Shown here: piece by piece, positions 38,574-48,220 of the stretch | Numbering within the stretch: position 1 is the stretch's first letter | How the letters are laid out: each line of letters opens with the position of its first letter | Made by a program: the position numbers and the translations under genes | From: a virus | Strand: one strand, 5' to 3' | DNA length: 61,595 nucleotides | Virus record (IMG/VR): IMGVR_UViG_3300037882_001257 | Coordinates: 64,888-126,482 of that record | Notes under the pieces: model-generated | What the model saw: the letters and a program-made list of their open reading frames with translations, nothing else | The model's database searches: none | What the model was told of the DNA's origin: nothing

Positions 38574-39077
38574 CTGGGATTTTAGCAAGCGAATGGCCTG
38601 CTCTGCGTTACTGTCGGTGATGCCCGTCGAGAGCTTAGTCAATACTAAGTGAGTTTCTTCATTGAACGAATCTAAAGTCGTGAAATCGTCATCAATGACT
38701 ATATAACCACTTTCTTTAATTTCTGGATGCAATATTAAGTAGGTTTCAATTTCCCTACCTCTGTGCCACCCATCAAAAGGGCCAGTGTGCCCACAAATAG
38801 TACCTTCAACACCCCGACCGCGCAACATTGTTGTGAATTCCTCAAGAGTCATACGACCGCTAATAATGTGGTATCTCCATGTGGAAGAAATGACAATATG
38901 AGCGTTTGTTGCCTGTATAATCTTATTGAAGATTCTTACGCACTTATCATCCAGTAAAGAACCGTAGAAATCGTCTCTTACTTCAGATTTCGGATTACTT
39001 AGCTCCTCATCCCATTCCTCAAATGTTTTATAACCATTGAGAACGCCGTCAATATCTAAGAATACAGTTTGTGCCAT
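38547..39077 (-). CDS. HAD phosphatase, 'Swiss Army Knife' RNA-repair type (HAD_SAK_2-like)
   Basis: FLDIDGVLN, IVISSTWR, RGREI, VIDDD. Confidence 0.8.
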   Translation of the reverse strand: MAQTVFLDIDGVLNGYKTFEEWDEELSNPKSEVRDDFYGSLLDDKCVRIFNKIIQATNAHIVISSTWRYHIISGRMTLEEFTTMLRGRGVEGTICGHTGPFDGWHRGREIETYLILHPEIKESGYIVIDDDFTTLDSFNEETHLVLTKLSTGITDSNAEQAIRLLKSQLPLAAFGV

Positions 39078-39228
39078 ATCAGCTTCCCTTGTTTATCACA
39101 GACAAGCTCTTGAGTTTCCCGACAGTGTTCGCAGCGACGAAAAGGCCGCTTAAAATAGCCGGTCATCAGGCTTAGAAACAGAGATTCTGCCTCCCAAGTG
39201 TGAAACCCTAGCGAACACAGTAGTTTTC

Positions 39229-39861
39229 TTAACATGGTGTTATTATACTCTCAGCCTCGGCACGGTCAAGAGGCAAAAAAAAGATTTTTCCGTCGTTCCT
39301 CAGCTTATGAATCCAGTTCCTCTCCTTTTTCCAATTGTGGTATCTATCGCCAGAAGGAACCCGTGGGAAATAATGGGCTGCTTTCTGCTCTAACTTGACA
39401 CCTTCCGCATAATCAAACCCTGTCAAATATATCTGATATTTAGGGCAGCATTTCAAAAAATACCCAATGGCTAAAACCCCCACAGAAGCCCACTCTTTGT
39501 TGGGTTGGTCAAGCCCTATATCTTCTCCTATTTGCTGGCATATATCCACACCAACTTCTTGGTACATATTCTTGTAGAAATCACTAACCTTAATTGCCTC
39601 TCTTTTCATTAAGTGCCGAGAAGGACAATAAGTAATGAAATTAAAGACCTGCTTAAGTTCCTTACGGGGAAACATCGGCATGTTGTTTATAGAGCGACGG
39701 CAAAGGAAGTCCGTGCGAGTACCAACAAAATCTTCGTAACCAGCAATCACATAGCTATTAAAGCGTGCCACCACATCAAAGCGGTCTATAATACTCCCTC
39801 TTTTACTATTTAAGACAGTCTTACCATTACCTACGAGAATTATCTTCTGTAAATCGGTCAT
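39229..39861 (-). CDS. GT29 (sialyltransferase-like) glycosyltransferase
   Basis: L-motif-like VGNG..IDRFDVVARFN..VGTRTD; GFD; HNW..E. Confidence 0.75.
   Translation of the reverse strand: MTDLQKIILVGNGKTVLNSKRGSIIDRFDVVARFNSYVIAGYEDFVGTRTDFLCRRSINNMPMFPRKELKQVFNFITYCPSRHLMKREAIKVSDFYKNMYQEVGVDICQQIGEDIGLDQPNKEWASVGVLAIGYFLKCCPKYQIYLTGFDYAEGVKLEQKAAHYFPRVPSGDRYHNWKKERNWIHKLRNDGKIFFLPLDRAEAESIITPC
39242..39269 (-). promoter_or_regulatory. sigma70-like promoter
   Basis: TTGACC-N16-TATAAT. Confidence 0.7.
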
Positions 39862-40522
39862 AATCTGCCTTTGTATCTATGGAATAAAACTCTGGGCCAT
39901 GTTGACACTTGATACCATACTGTAACCACGATAGTTGTTCTAGCCCTTCAACTTGACTTAAGGAACTACTAGGTGGCAAACGCTTTAACGCTCCCCATGT
40001 GAACAGATAGATACCACTGTGTATATTGTACATCGGACTGCCATGAGGAATGTCGCAGCGAGAAAAATAGCGGGCGATTTCATTCTCATCCATAGCTACC
40101 TTTACCTTGTTCTTGTCGCCTGGGTCTGAGCTTCGATAGTACAGGGTAGTAATAGGGCGGGTTCCGCCTAAAGCCCCCTGCACTGCTTTTCGAGCTGCGT
40201 CAAACTGATTAGGTAATAACAGGTGGTCTGCTTGCCAGTTAAGAACCATGTCTGTGTCGGCAAGTTTAAGCCTCTTAGCGGCCTCCGTAACACACTGAGT
40301 GCCGTTTTCGCACTCCTTCGTGCTAATAAACGATACTCCATTATTAACACACAACTGCTTAATTTCTTCATCTGCTGTGGCGACAAATACATAGTGTGAA
40401 TTGGTTACTTCTGACGCTATGTGATATGCACACTCTAGAACGGTAGTGTCCTTGACGGGAAGCATTAATTTACGAGGTAGCCTCTGACTATTTATCCTCG
40501 CGGGGATTATGGTTATTAACAC
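39827..40522 (-). CDS. kdsB: CMP-Kdo synthetase (Kdo cytidylyltransferase)-like protein
   Basis: IIPARINSQRLPRK, VATAD, YFSR, EGLEQL, SIDT. Confidence 0.8.
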   Translation of the reverse strand: MLITIIPARINSQRLPRKLMLPVKDTTVLECAYHIASEVTNSHYVFVATADEEIKQLCVNNGVSFISTKECENGTQCVTEAAKRLKLADTDMVLNWQADHLLLPNQFDAARKAVQGALGGTRPITTLYYRSSDPGDKNKVKVAMDENEIARYFSRCDIPHGSPMYNIHSGIYLFTWGALKRLPPSSSLSQVEGLEQLSWLQYGIKCQHGPEFYSIDTKADYDRFTEDNSRR

Positions 40523-40886
40523 TCACTCCTCCAATAGTTAATCGTTCAATATCGTGAATATCTATATTTTCCACCCAGTATATCTCAAGGCACACACAAT
40601 CTTCTAATGCTTCAAACTTGTGATAAGAGCCGGGTGGGACATCCGTAAAGTGCCCAGCTTCTAAAATTGTGCAATCTTCTTTATCGTCTTTGCGATAAAT
40701 TATGACTTTTAATTTACCACTAATCAGGAAGAAACGATTCCACTTGTAAACATGTTCATGCTTGGAACAGTAGCCGCCTTTGTTAATAACAAGATAGTGG
40801 GCCTCGGCATACGGGCCAGCGTATACACACTGGGTTGTACCCCAAAACTTTGACTGAATAGCGCCACATAGGGTTTTATGACTCAT
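40488..40886 (-). CDS. cupin protein (sugar isomerase-like)
   Basis: CSKHEH..F.LISG..VPPGSYH. Confidence 0.75.
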   Translation of the reverse strand: MSHKTLCGAIQSKFWGTTQCVYAGPYAEAHYLVINKGGYCSKHEHVYKWNRFFLISGKLKVIIYRKDDKEDCTILEAGHFTDVPPGSYHKFEALEDCVCLEIYWVENIDIHDIERLTIGGVSVNNHNPREDK

Positions 40887-41464
40887 CGCAACGATACCTT
40901 TGCAAACTGAATATACAGGTCCTTTTTATAGTCTATTGGTCCTAGTAATTCTACGTTATAATCTGAGTCTAACATGATTTGATGGATAGTTTCAAAGCAC
41001 CCATGTGCCCGATTATTTGTGTAGTAGTCGTCAAACAATACAATTGTGCCTCTATGCATAAGCCTCTTGATATTGTTCCAATCGGAACGAACAGTTTCTA
41101 AAGAGTGTCCTCCGTCTATAAAGACAAAGTCAATTGGTAACTTAGGCTCAAACACAGATAGGGTCTGTCGCGTATTTCCTTGAATTAAATAGAACTCGGT
41201 GCCTGTCTCGCTTAGTATATCAATAGCTGTTTGCATAGAGGCTGTTTTCTTACCACTGGTCTCGGACGACTCGTGCCGTTTTTGTTCCGGCTGTATCTGT
41301 TCCCACAAATCAAAACCGTAGTATATCACTGCCGGTTGAAATTTTGCAGCGGCCTGTATCATGTGCTTAGCGTGCTTGCCGTCATGTGTGCCTATGTCAA
41401 GTATAGTTATTGGCTTGCACTTATTAATTTCTAAGACTAAATTCTTATATCTATTTTTTTCCAT
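40883..41464 (-). CDS. class I SAM methyltransferase (Methyltransf_24-like)
   Basis: DIGTHDG, FIDGGHS, FDDY. Confidence 0.85.
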   Translation of the reverse strand: MEKNRYKNLVLEINKCKPITILDIGTHDGKHAKHMIQAAAKFQPAVIYYGFDLWEQIQPEQKRHESSETSGKKTASMQTAIDILSETGTEFYLIQGNTRQTLSVFEPKLPIDFVFIDGGHSLETVRSDWNNIKRLMHRGTIVLFDDYYTNNRAHGCFETIHQIMLDSDYNVELLGPIDYKKDLYIQFAKVSLR

Positions 41465-42077
41465 ATGTGTAATCGGCTACAGTTTGACAAAGTTGTTTAT
41501 ATCCCCACTTTTTCAGCAGGTCTAGGGCAGCATACTGCTCAATGCCGTAACGAATCGCGTGCTTCTTTTGTTCCAGGTGGATAATAGGTGAATACATAGA
41601 GATAAGCTCTTGTGCCCCCTTAAGCACGAAATACTCATACCCCTCAACATCTAGCTTAATATAGTCTACGTCTTGAAGGCCATAAGGCTCTATTAAAGAA
41701 TCAAGGGTTACTGTAGCACACTGAATGCCGGTCTCGCCTATGTGTGTAGCGCCACTATTGTTCTCTTCCACGTCGAGATACAAAGTGCCCTGCTTGTCCG
41801 ACAGGGCAAACGCCGAACTATAAAAGTTGTAAGCGGTCACGTTCTTGACTAAGCACTCCATGTGTGTTGGAGCTGGTTCAAAACCCCATACTGAATCAAA
41901 GCGCTTGCATAAAAACTTAGACCATGTTCCAACGTGTGCCCCAATATCAATTGCAGTACGAAAATTTTTCACGTACTTTAAGCTATTTTCACGATGCTTT
42001 TCTTGATAGTGATTTAGGTCTTGTTCAGCAAAATGAACTTCATTATCAGGAAGCCACCACCCATTAACTAATTTCAT
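41451..42077 (-). CDS. FkbM-family methyltransferase
   Basis: DIGAHVG, FEP, KLDVEGYE. Confidence 0.9.
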   Translation of the reverse strand: MKLVNGWWLPDNEVHFAEQDLNHYQEKHRENSLKYVKNFRTAIDIGAHVGTWSKFLCKRFDSVWGFEPAPTHMECLVKNVTAYNFYSSAFALSDKQGTLYLDVEENNSGATHIGETGIQCATVTLDSLIEPYGLQDVDYIKLDVEGYEYFVLKGAQELISMYSPIIHLEQKKHAIRYGIEQYAALDLLKKWGYKQLCQTVADYTYGKK

Positions 42078-43059
42078 CTAACCACCTCTGATTTTCTAAT
42101 GTCCACTTGATAGTCTTTTCTAGAGACTCCTCGAACGGAACTGGATATTTAAAACCTAACGTACATAGTTTTGTGTCCTTCAGCGCATATCTAAGGTCGT
42201 GCCCAGGTCTATTTGAGTGAAAGTCAACGAGTTCGTATTCGAGTGGTTTACCTATAACATCGGCCACGAACTGAGCTAACTCTAGATTAGAAACCTCTTT
42301 CTGACCCAGGAGATTATACCTCTCGCCAGCAGTTGAATGACTAACCAGGAATAGGCACGCTGCCGCTACGTTTCGCGCATGAACATAAAAGCGTGTCCCA
42401 GCCCTCTTATTGCCGGGATACGAGTGTATGAATATCTTTTCACCCTTGAGTACCTTATTAATACACATTGGCAGGAACTTCTCAGGGTGTTGACGTTCCC
42501 CAATAACATTCATGCAGTTAGACACTACTATAGGCAACCGGTATGTAACATGATAGGCATAGCAAAGCTGGTCGGCTGCGCTCTTTGTTGCTGCGTAAGG
42601 ATTTCTTGGCTTGTGGCGGTCCCACTCGGCATATTCCACACCTTCGTCTGCACACCCATATACTTCGTCAGTCGAAAAATTCTGGAAGTAGTCTAGACAG
42701 TCAACGCTCCTAGCGTAGTTTAGTAGATTAGCAGTTCCCACTACATTGTCTTGAATATAGCCCAAAGGGTCTTGTATCGAGCGGTCCACATGAGACGACG
42801 CCGCTAGATGAAACACATAGTTGGGGCGGTTTAGGGCGGCGGCCACCTGGGAATTTATCTCGGCCTTTAGGTCGTGCCATACAAAGTTGAAGCGCTTCTT
42901 ATAGGATGGGCTTATATCTAGGATTTCCGACAGGCGATTTAGATTGCCAGAAGTATCCAGACGGTCTAAACAAACGATATTCCAATCGGTATTCTTTAGG
43001 ACATGTTCTATAAGGTGACTACCTATGAATCCTGCCCCTCCTGTTATTAACACTCTCAT
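42064..43059 (-). CDS. rmlB: dTDP-glucose 4,6-dehydratase
   Basis: GGAGFIG, HVDRS, STDEVYG, YAATK, RPGHDLRY. Confidence 0.88.
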   Translation of the reverse strand: MRVLITGGAGFIGSHLIEHVLKNTDWNIVCLDRLDTSGNLNRLSEILDISPSYKKRFNFVWHDLKAEINSQVAAALNRPNYVFHLAASSHVDRSIQDPLGYIQDNVVGTANLLNYARSVDCLDYFQNFSTDEVYGCADEGVEYAEWDRHKPRNPYAATKSAADQLCYAYHVTYRLPIVVSNCMNVIGERQHPEKFLPMCINKVLKGEKIFIHSYPGNKRAGTRFYVHARNVAAACLFLVSHSTAGERYNLLGQKEVSNLELAQFVADVIGKPLEYELVDFHSNRPGHDLRYALKDTKLCTLGFKYPVPFEESLEKTIKWTLENQRWLDEIS

Positions 43060-43764
43060 TTATAGCGCTCCGTACTTAGTCACAATGCCTTTATGCCTAT
43101 CGAACATTCTCTCTCTAGCCTGTTCATTTTTTAAATGAAGCTTAGCCCTACAGTGGATAGCAGATATGTGCCCTCCCCAGCGATAAAACTCACAACATTC
43201 AGGTTTACTTTTTGGTTCGCCAATATCAAAAATCTCATATTTAGCTATCGGCCTATATTTTTCATATATGTTGCACCCTGTATCATGCCACAAGTTACTA
43301 TTGTCAATCTTAGGAGGGATAAAATCAAACGACTTAATATCGACCTTGTTAGTATTAACCATCATACAAAAAACAACTGGAAAATCCATTATGGGCTTTA
43401 TGTTCTTACCAGGAAAGTACGAAGCGCCAAAAAAATCTAATTGCTTATCTTTCATATGGTGAAGAATGCCGTCTACATTAGCCAGTATAAAAAAATCAGG
43501 GTCTAAAAATAATACGTACTCAGTATCAATGTATGGCAAGGTTTGATTCATACCTATTGCATGATGGTGGCTATGCTTGTTGACTTTATTGCCGGTTTCT
43601 GGCGGCATTTTCACCCCAGGCAGCTTGACAAACCTATCATCTTTCAGCGTATCGCTATTATCAACCACCAACCATTTAAAGTTGGAGCATCTTTTGCTCA
43701 TTATATTATAGTTTAAATGAAGATATGCTTCACTGTGATAAGAAACAGTTGCTATAGTCAACAT
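43060..43764 (-). CDS. GT-A (GT2-like) glycosyltransferase
   Basis: VVDNS, LFLDPD. Confidence 0.7.
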   Translation of the reverse strand: MLTIATVSYHSEAYLHLNYNIMSKRCSNFKWLVVDNSDTLKDDRFVKLPGVKMPPETGNKVNKHSHHHAIGMNQTLPYIDTEYVLFLDPDFFILANVDGILHHMKDKQLDFFGASYFPGKNIKPIMDFPVVFCMMVNTNKVDIKSFDFIPPKIDNSNLWHDTGCNIYEKYRPIAKYEIFDIGEPKSKPECCEFYRWGGHISAIHCRAKLHLKNEQARERMFDRHKGIVTKYGAL

Positions 43765-44608
43765 CTTCTATCTTTCTTATGTGTGGTTTTAGATGGTTCC
43801 ACGGCAGCCCATCTGCCATCTCTTGCACAGACCACTGAGTATATGCTAAATCATTAAAAAGAGGTGTGCGGTCAAAGTAGTTAAACCCTTCACCTAGGCT
43901 GGATATGTCGTGTGGGCAAAGCTCGAAGGCCATGCCGCCAGGGGAAAATACAGCGGTGGGTATTCCATGTCTAATAAACTCTATCAGGGCATTTGAATTC
44001 CACGCTATACAAGAAGTGCTATTTTTAAGAGCATCTTCTATTTTGGTATTTTTCACTTGCCGACCGAGATTAGTGTTTGGGTGGTTCAAATACACGTACC
44101 CCTGAGTTAATCTCGGAATTATATCAGTGTGGAACCACTGCTCTATGTTAAAATTCTGAGAAGTCACACCATTAGGGTTTTGGCCTATTAGCACCACATT
44201 TTTAATTGACGCTTCTCTCCACGGATGTATAGGTAAAGACAGTTTCAAAAATCTATCACTGGGCATACCACTATTGTAATACTTGCCGTAATTTTTGATA
44301 CAGTCAAAACCAATCTGATAGTAATTCTTCTCTAGCTCAAATTTATCAAAGCGCATACATCCAGCATCAATATAGATAATGCGTTTTTTAGCCCTGCGAG
44401 CCTCGTGGTGGATAGCCAAACGAAATGCAGCAGTTGGAGACGGATAGCATATGCAAATCAGAACATCTTGCTCTTGGATATATGTAATATCTTGAGCGCT
44501 TATTAAATGCCGTACTTCATCCCCTTGTGCTATTACCCCGTGGCTAAATGCCTCTATGATACGTTGAGAGTCTGCGCCCCCCTTAGTATGACAGATACCA
44601 ACTTTCAT
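43730..44608 (-). CDS. capsule-biosynthesis-type (KpsS/KpsC-like) glycosyltransferase
   Basis: HP..NSNALIE..GIP; LAYTQW..EM..G. Confidence 0.6.
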   Translation of the reverse strand: MKVGICHTKGGADSQRIIEAFSHGVIAQGDEVRHLISAQDITYIQEQDVLICICYPSPTAAFRLAIHHEARRAKKRIIYIDAGCMRFDKFELEKNYYQIGFDCIKNYGKYYNSGMPSDRFLKLSLPIHPWREASIKNVVLIGQNPNGVTSQNFNIEQWFHTDIIPRLTQGYVYLNHPNTNLGRQVKNTKIEDALKNSTSCIAWNSNALIEFIRHGIPTAVFSPGGMAFELCPHDISSLGEGFNYFDRTPLFNDLAYTQWSVQEMADGLPWNHLKPHIRKIEDVDYSNCFLSQ

Positions 44609-46341
44609 TTTTGGAAAATCTTCCTGTAGTATTCTACAGTTTTTTGTAAATCTTGCTCAAAAGACGACGAGTATTGAAATCCCATAGCTGATAATTTTGT
44701 GTCTACCATGCTATATCTTAGGTCGTGCCCCGGTCGGCTACTATGAAAATCGACCATCTTACATTTAAATGGTAAGTCTAAACACGCTGCGATTAGATTT
44801 ACCAATTCAAGATTGGTGATTTCTCTTTCCTCTAGAACATTGTACTTTTCATGCTTAACACCGTTGCTCATTAAGAAGGTTAAAGCCTCAGCGAGCCTGC
44901 CAGCATAGGTATAGTGACGAGAACCAGAAACAGTTTTTGTCTTATCAGAATGAACTAAGACTGGTTCCCCTAGGAGAATTTTTTTAACTGTATCAGGAAC
45001 AAATTTTTCAATCCTTTGTCTTTCTCCAAAAATGTTCATAGTATGAACTATAGAAATATTCATATTGTATGTAGTTGAATATGCTAAACAAATTTCTTCG
45101 GCGGCGGCTTTTGAAGCGGCATATGGATTAGGAGAGTTGTAGCGGTCCCACTCCTTGTAATCGTAACCATCGTAAGCAGGGCCAAATACCTCAGCGGTTG
45201 ACACATGAATCAACTTTGCCTGTTCTTGGTTTCTGCGACAATATTCAAGAAGATGGGTTATTCCTAAAACATTACTACGTATAGCATCTAACGGGCGTCG
45301 TATAGATTCGTTAACATTGGTAAATGCAGCTAAATTAATAACACAATCTATCTTACCAATACTAACTCTCTCTGCACTAGTAAACTTGTGGCTTAAATCC
45401 TTAACTAGTATCTTTACTCTAGAATTATTAATCGCGCCTATTTCATTAAGGTTAGACGTATTTTCTTTGACTATCAAACAAAGATTGTGAGATGTGTTTT
45501 TCAATAAATATTCAACTAAATGAGTACCAACAAGGCCGTTAGCCCCAGTGATTAAAATAGATTTCGGATGATGTGGGACGACATTGTACTTAACAATGTG
45601 AGAGCCTTTTTCGTGTTCTATAAACTTACCGAATGGGCCATCGCAAATCACATGCCCACCACTCCTTACAATATGTCTCTTTGACACTAAATCAATGTCA
45701 TTATATCTATTTTTTTGCAAAAAGTGTGAAAAAATGAAACTATCATCCCACCTATCATAGTTACGAAAAGCACCAGATTCAAAACACTCAAAAACATCCT
45801 GTAAGAATCTATTAGCCGATGGCTTGCTCATATCAAAACACACGACGCCGGCCTCGACGCCCATTCCGTTGTTACGGCGATACGTCCCTGTATGATGAGC
45901 AATAGACTTGCCTTTCATAATGAGTTTGACTTGGGTGGTGGTCAACCTCTTAGTGAAATAACAATCGCAATCTAGTAGAATTACATAACCCTTGGGGTTT
46001 ACCGATGTTATACACTGTTGAAGAGTGGCTACCTTACGAAACCAGCGCGCGGCCTGCCTTCTGTATTTATCAAATTTATTACCATTAGTATATGAATATA
46101 CAGCCGTACCACCGTATTCCACAGGAATAATATCTGCGTTATTCTTGCACCAGTCTTGAAACCACTTGTATGACAATATATCTGAGACCGCTGCAAAATC
46201 ATATGTTTCTTCTATTGGAGAGGTGAGATTCTCTCCCCCTATGAAAATTTCACCGTCTACATTAAACTCACCAAAAGAGTCTAGCAGTCTTTTACCGGTT
46301 GCTTCATACAGCTTTTGGTTGAAAGTGGTAACAAACAACAT
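44605..46341 (-). CDS. fusion of a GT-A glycosyltransferase and an NDP-sugar dehydratase
   Basis: N-terminal LLDCD..EAG..WDDS..HEKG; C-terminal GANGLVG, STAEVFG, YAASK, RPGHDLRY. Confidence 0.8.
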   Translation of the reverse strand: MLFVTTFNQKLYEATGKRLLDSFGEFNVDGEIFIGGENLTSPIEETYDFAAVSDILSYKWFQDWCKNNADIIPVEYGGTAVYSYTNGNKFDKYRRQAARWFRKVATLQQCITSVNPKGYVILLDCDCYFTKRLTTTQVKLIMKGKSIAHHTGTYRRNNGMGVEAGVVCFDMSKPSANRFLQDVFECFESGAFRNYDRWDDSFIFSHFLQKNRYNDIDLVSKRHIVRSGGHVICDGPFGKFIEHEKGSHIVKYNVVPHHPKSILITGANGLVGTHLVEYLLKNTSHNLCLIVKENTSNLNEIGAINNSRVKILVKDLSHKFTSAERVSIGKIDCVINLAAFTNVNESIRRPLDAIRSNVLGITHLLEYCRRNQEQAKLIHVSTAEVFGPAYDGYDYKEWDRYNSPNPYAASKAAAEEICLAYSTTYNMNISIVHTMNIFGERQRIEKFVPDTVKKILLGEPVLVHSDKTKTVSGSRHYTYAGRLAEALTFLMSNGVKHEKYNVLEEREITNLELVNLIAACLDLPFKCKMVDFHSSRPGHDLRYSMVDTKLSAMGFQYSSSFEQDLQKTVEYYRKIFQK

Positions 46342-47024
46342 TAGTAATCAAGGCCCATTTCTTTTGCTGTATCAACCCATTCTTTAGCGTAATCACAATT
46401 TTGGTGATTTTTAAACCAAGCTCCACCATTAGTATAGTGAATTACATTTGGTAGTTGAGTGGGCTTCTCATACTCACCCTCAAGCCAATTCCACGTTATC
46501 GGCAGCCACCCAATCTCTTCGTCTCGAAGCCACTGAAACTGATGTAGCTCAGCCCCAGACGCTTCGTTACAATGATTCAACGTCAACTGAGCATTAGATG
46601 GATGACCACAATTCCACAGAATAAAACTCGACCAGTTTTTACGTGGGAACGCTTGCTGCACCTGCCCGTCCATCTTTATAGTATGTCTAGGAACGTAGTC
46701 GTGCTGTACTACGTGGATGGCTTTATCTGGTTGAGCATAAGCATAAGACAGTAACTCTTCAACATCTGTATTAAACAGCATGTCGCAGTCACAAAATAGG
46801 GCTATACCCTGGTATTTCATCATCCAGGGCACCATAAATCTCGTAAACGCAAACTCTGTAGCAACCTGTTCATCCGTTGGCCGAGTGTACAGATTCAGCT
46901 TTCTAAGAAACTGCTGTTTTAGAGGTCTTATGCGCACCTTAGAATTGTATTTACGAATAGAATATTCACATACTTTATACGCATCTTGTTCACGAGAATC
47001 CCAACCAATGAATACGTCTAGCAT
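46341..47024 (-). CDS. GT8-like glycosyltransferase
   Basis: FIGWDSRE, TEFAFTRF, FCDCD, PRKNWSS, HYTNGG. Confidence 0.8.
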   Translation of the reverse strand: MLDVFIGWDSREQDAYKVCEYSIRKYNSKVRIRPLKQQFLRKLNLYTRPTDEQVATEFAFTRFMVPWMMKYQGIALFCDCDMLFNTDVEELLSYAYAQPDKAIHVVQHDYVPRHTIKMDGQVQQAFPRKNWSSFILWNCGHPSNAQLTLNHCNEASGAELHQFQWLRDEEIGWLPITWNWLEGEYEKPTQLPNVIHYTNGGAWFKNHQNCDYAKEWVDTAKEMGLDY

Positions 47025-47071
47025 AGTATAATCTCCGAGGGGTTTTACGGAGTATTATACACTGGACCAAC

Positions 47072-47097
47072 AAAAAAACCTGCCAAAAGGCAGGTTT
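47072..47097 (-). terminator. intrinsic terminator after the tmRNA
   Basis: AAACCTGCC-TTTT-GGCAGGTTTTTTT. Confidence 0.85.
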
Positions 47098-47099
47098 AG

Positions 47100-47446
47100 T
47101 GGAGATGGGCATATTGAAATGCCGTCCTAATTGTTATCCGCGACAGCTTCTACATACTTAGGTCGCTTATTTTAAGCGGGCGACCTCGCTGATATGTCTC
47201 TCCATAAGTCTCCCGCACTTAATTTAGGCAACAAGTGCAGCTTCGATTGCGTTCTCGGTTACTGCGTAGGTGTAACCAACCTTGTCGGCATTGAAAGCCC
47301 CGACATAGCTTTGCGCCAAGGCGCGGGTGCGGCTTAGTAGACCGCTTACTTCGTTCTCATTTGCATTTGAACTGTTTTGGCTTTTACGTGGCTCCGCACG
47401 GTATGCGACTATTGTTTCAAATAATCAGTCGAAACCTGTCACCCCC
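47100..47446 (-). ncRNA. ssrA: tmRNA
   Basis: 5' GGGGGTGACAGGTTTCGAC; 3' GGCATTTCAATATGCCCATCTCCA with G3-U70; PK1-like element; tag frame ANENEV..AALVA*. Confidence 0.92.
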
Positions 47447-47650
47447 ATATTCTAATATACACCGCTTTCTGCCAATTCCTCTAGTGAGACATATTCAGGG
47501 TCGGCCGGATACATTTCGCCATACATAGTAACAGCCAATTCAGCGAATGTAGCCAAAGCGAGAACACCAGATTCTAGCCCTATTTCGTTCTCCGTAAAGA
47601 ACTTGGCAATCATATCGAACAATTCCTGCTGCTGTTCTTCAGTTAGATTC

Positions 47651-48220
47651 TTACTCATTCCAAAATACCTTTCTAAAGTCGATAAACCTCCAACGCTCTG
47701 AACCAGGAAACGCCTCATCGTAACAAACTTTGAGGATATAAGAATGTACGGACTCCCAATCCGAAAACATCATTTCGTCTGAAATTCCCATGCCAAAAAT
47801 AAAATTTGGAATAGCGGCCTTACCCTGTTTGCAACATATAATGAGTGGTTTATGCTCTAGGCAGGCATAAGTCTGCTCGGCATAAGACCCGCACATATGA
47901 ACGTCTTTATCTATGAACAGGATTACCGCACTACACAGGTCAATAAGATGGAGGTCTTGTCCAACTATTCTCTTAGCTAACTTCTTTACTGCGTCAAAGT
48001 CCCCTAGTTGCTTTAACCTGCTGATTTCCTCGTAGTATTTATCGTTTTCATTTAGTGCATTTATCACTGGATTGTCACAGGGGTTTAAGACACCTATGCC
48101 AAGCCTCTTCAAAAACTTAGATGTATCTCCACGCCAGCCCTGACCCCTATCAGGGGAGTCATCCATTGGTCCCGCAAGATAAATTAGATGGCCGCTAAGC
48201 CTATGTATTCCACTCATCAT
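47651..48220 (-). CDS. nucleoside 2-deoxyribosyltransferase-like protein
   Basis: IYLAGPM..WR; DL..ID; GSYAE. Confidence 0.75.
   Translation of the reverse strand: MMSGIHRLSGHLIYLAGPMDDSPDRGQGWRGDTSKFLKRLGIGVLNPCDNPVINALNENDKYYEEISRLKQLGDFDAVKKLAKRIVGQDLHLIDLCSAVILFIDKDVHMCGSYAEQTYACLEHKPLIICCKQGKAAIPNFIFGMGISDEMMFSDWESVHSYILKVCYDEAFPGSERWRFIDFRKVFWNE

Noticed and set aside
39100-39175. Hammerhead ribozyme (CTGATGA...GAAAC on the minus strand)
   Set aside because: I could not place an NUH site with a matching stem I; kept only as a structured RNA.
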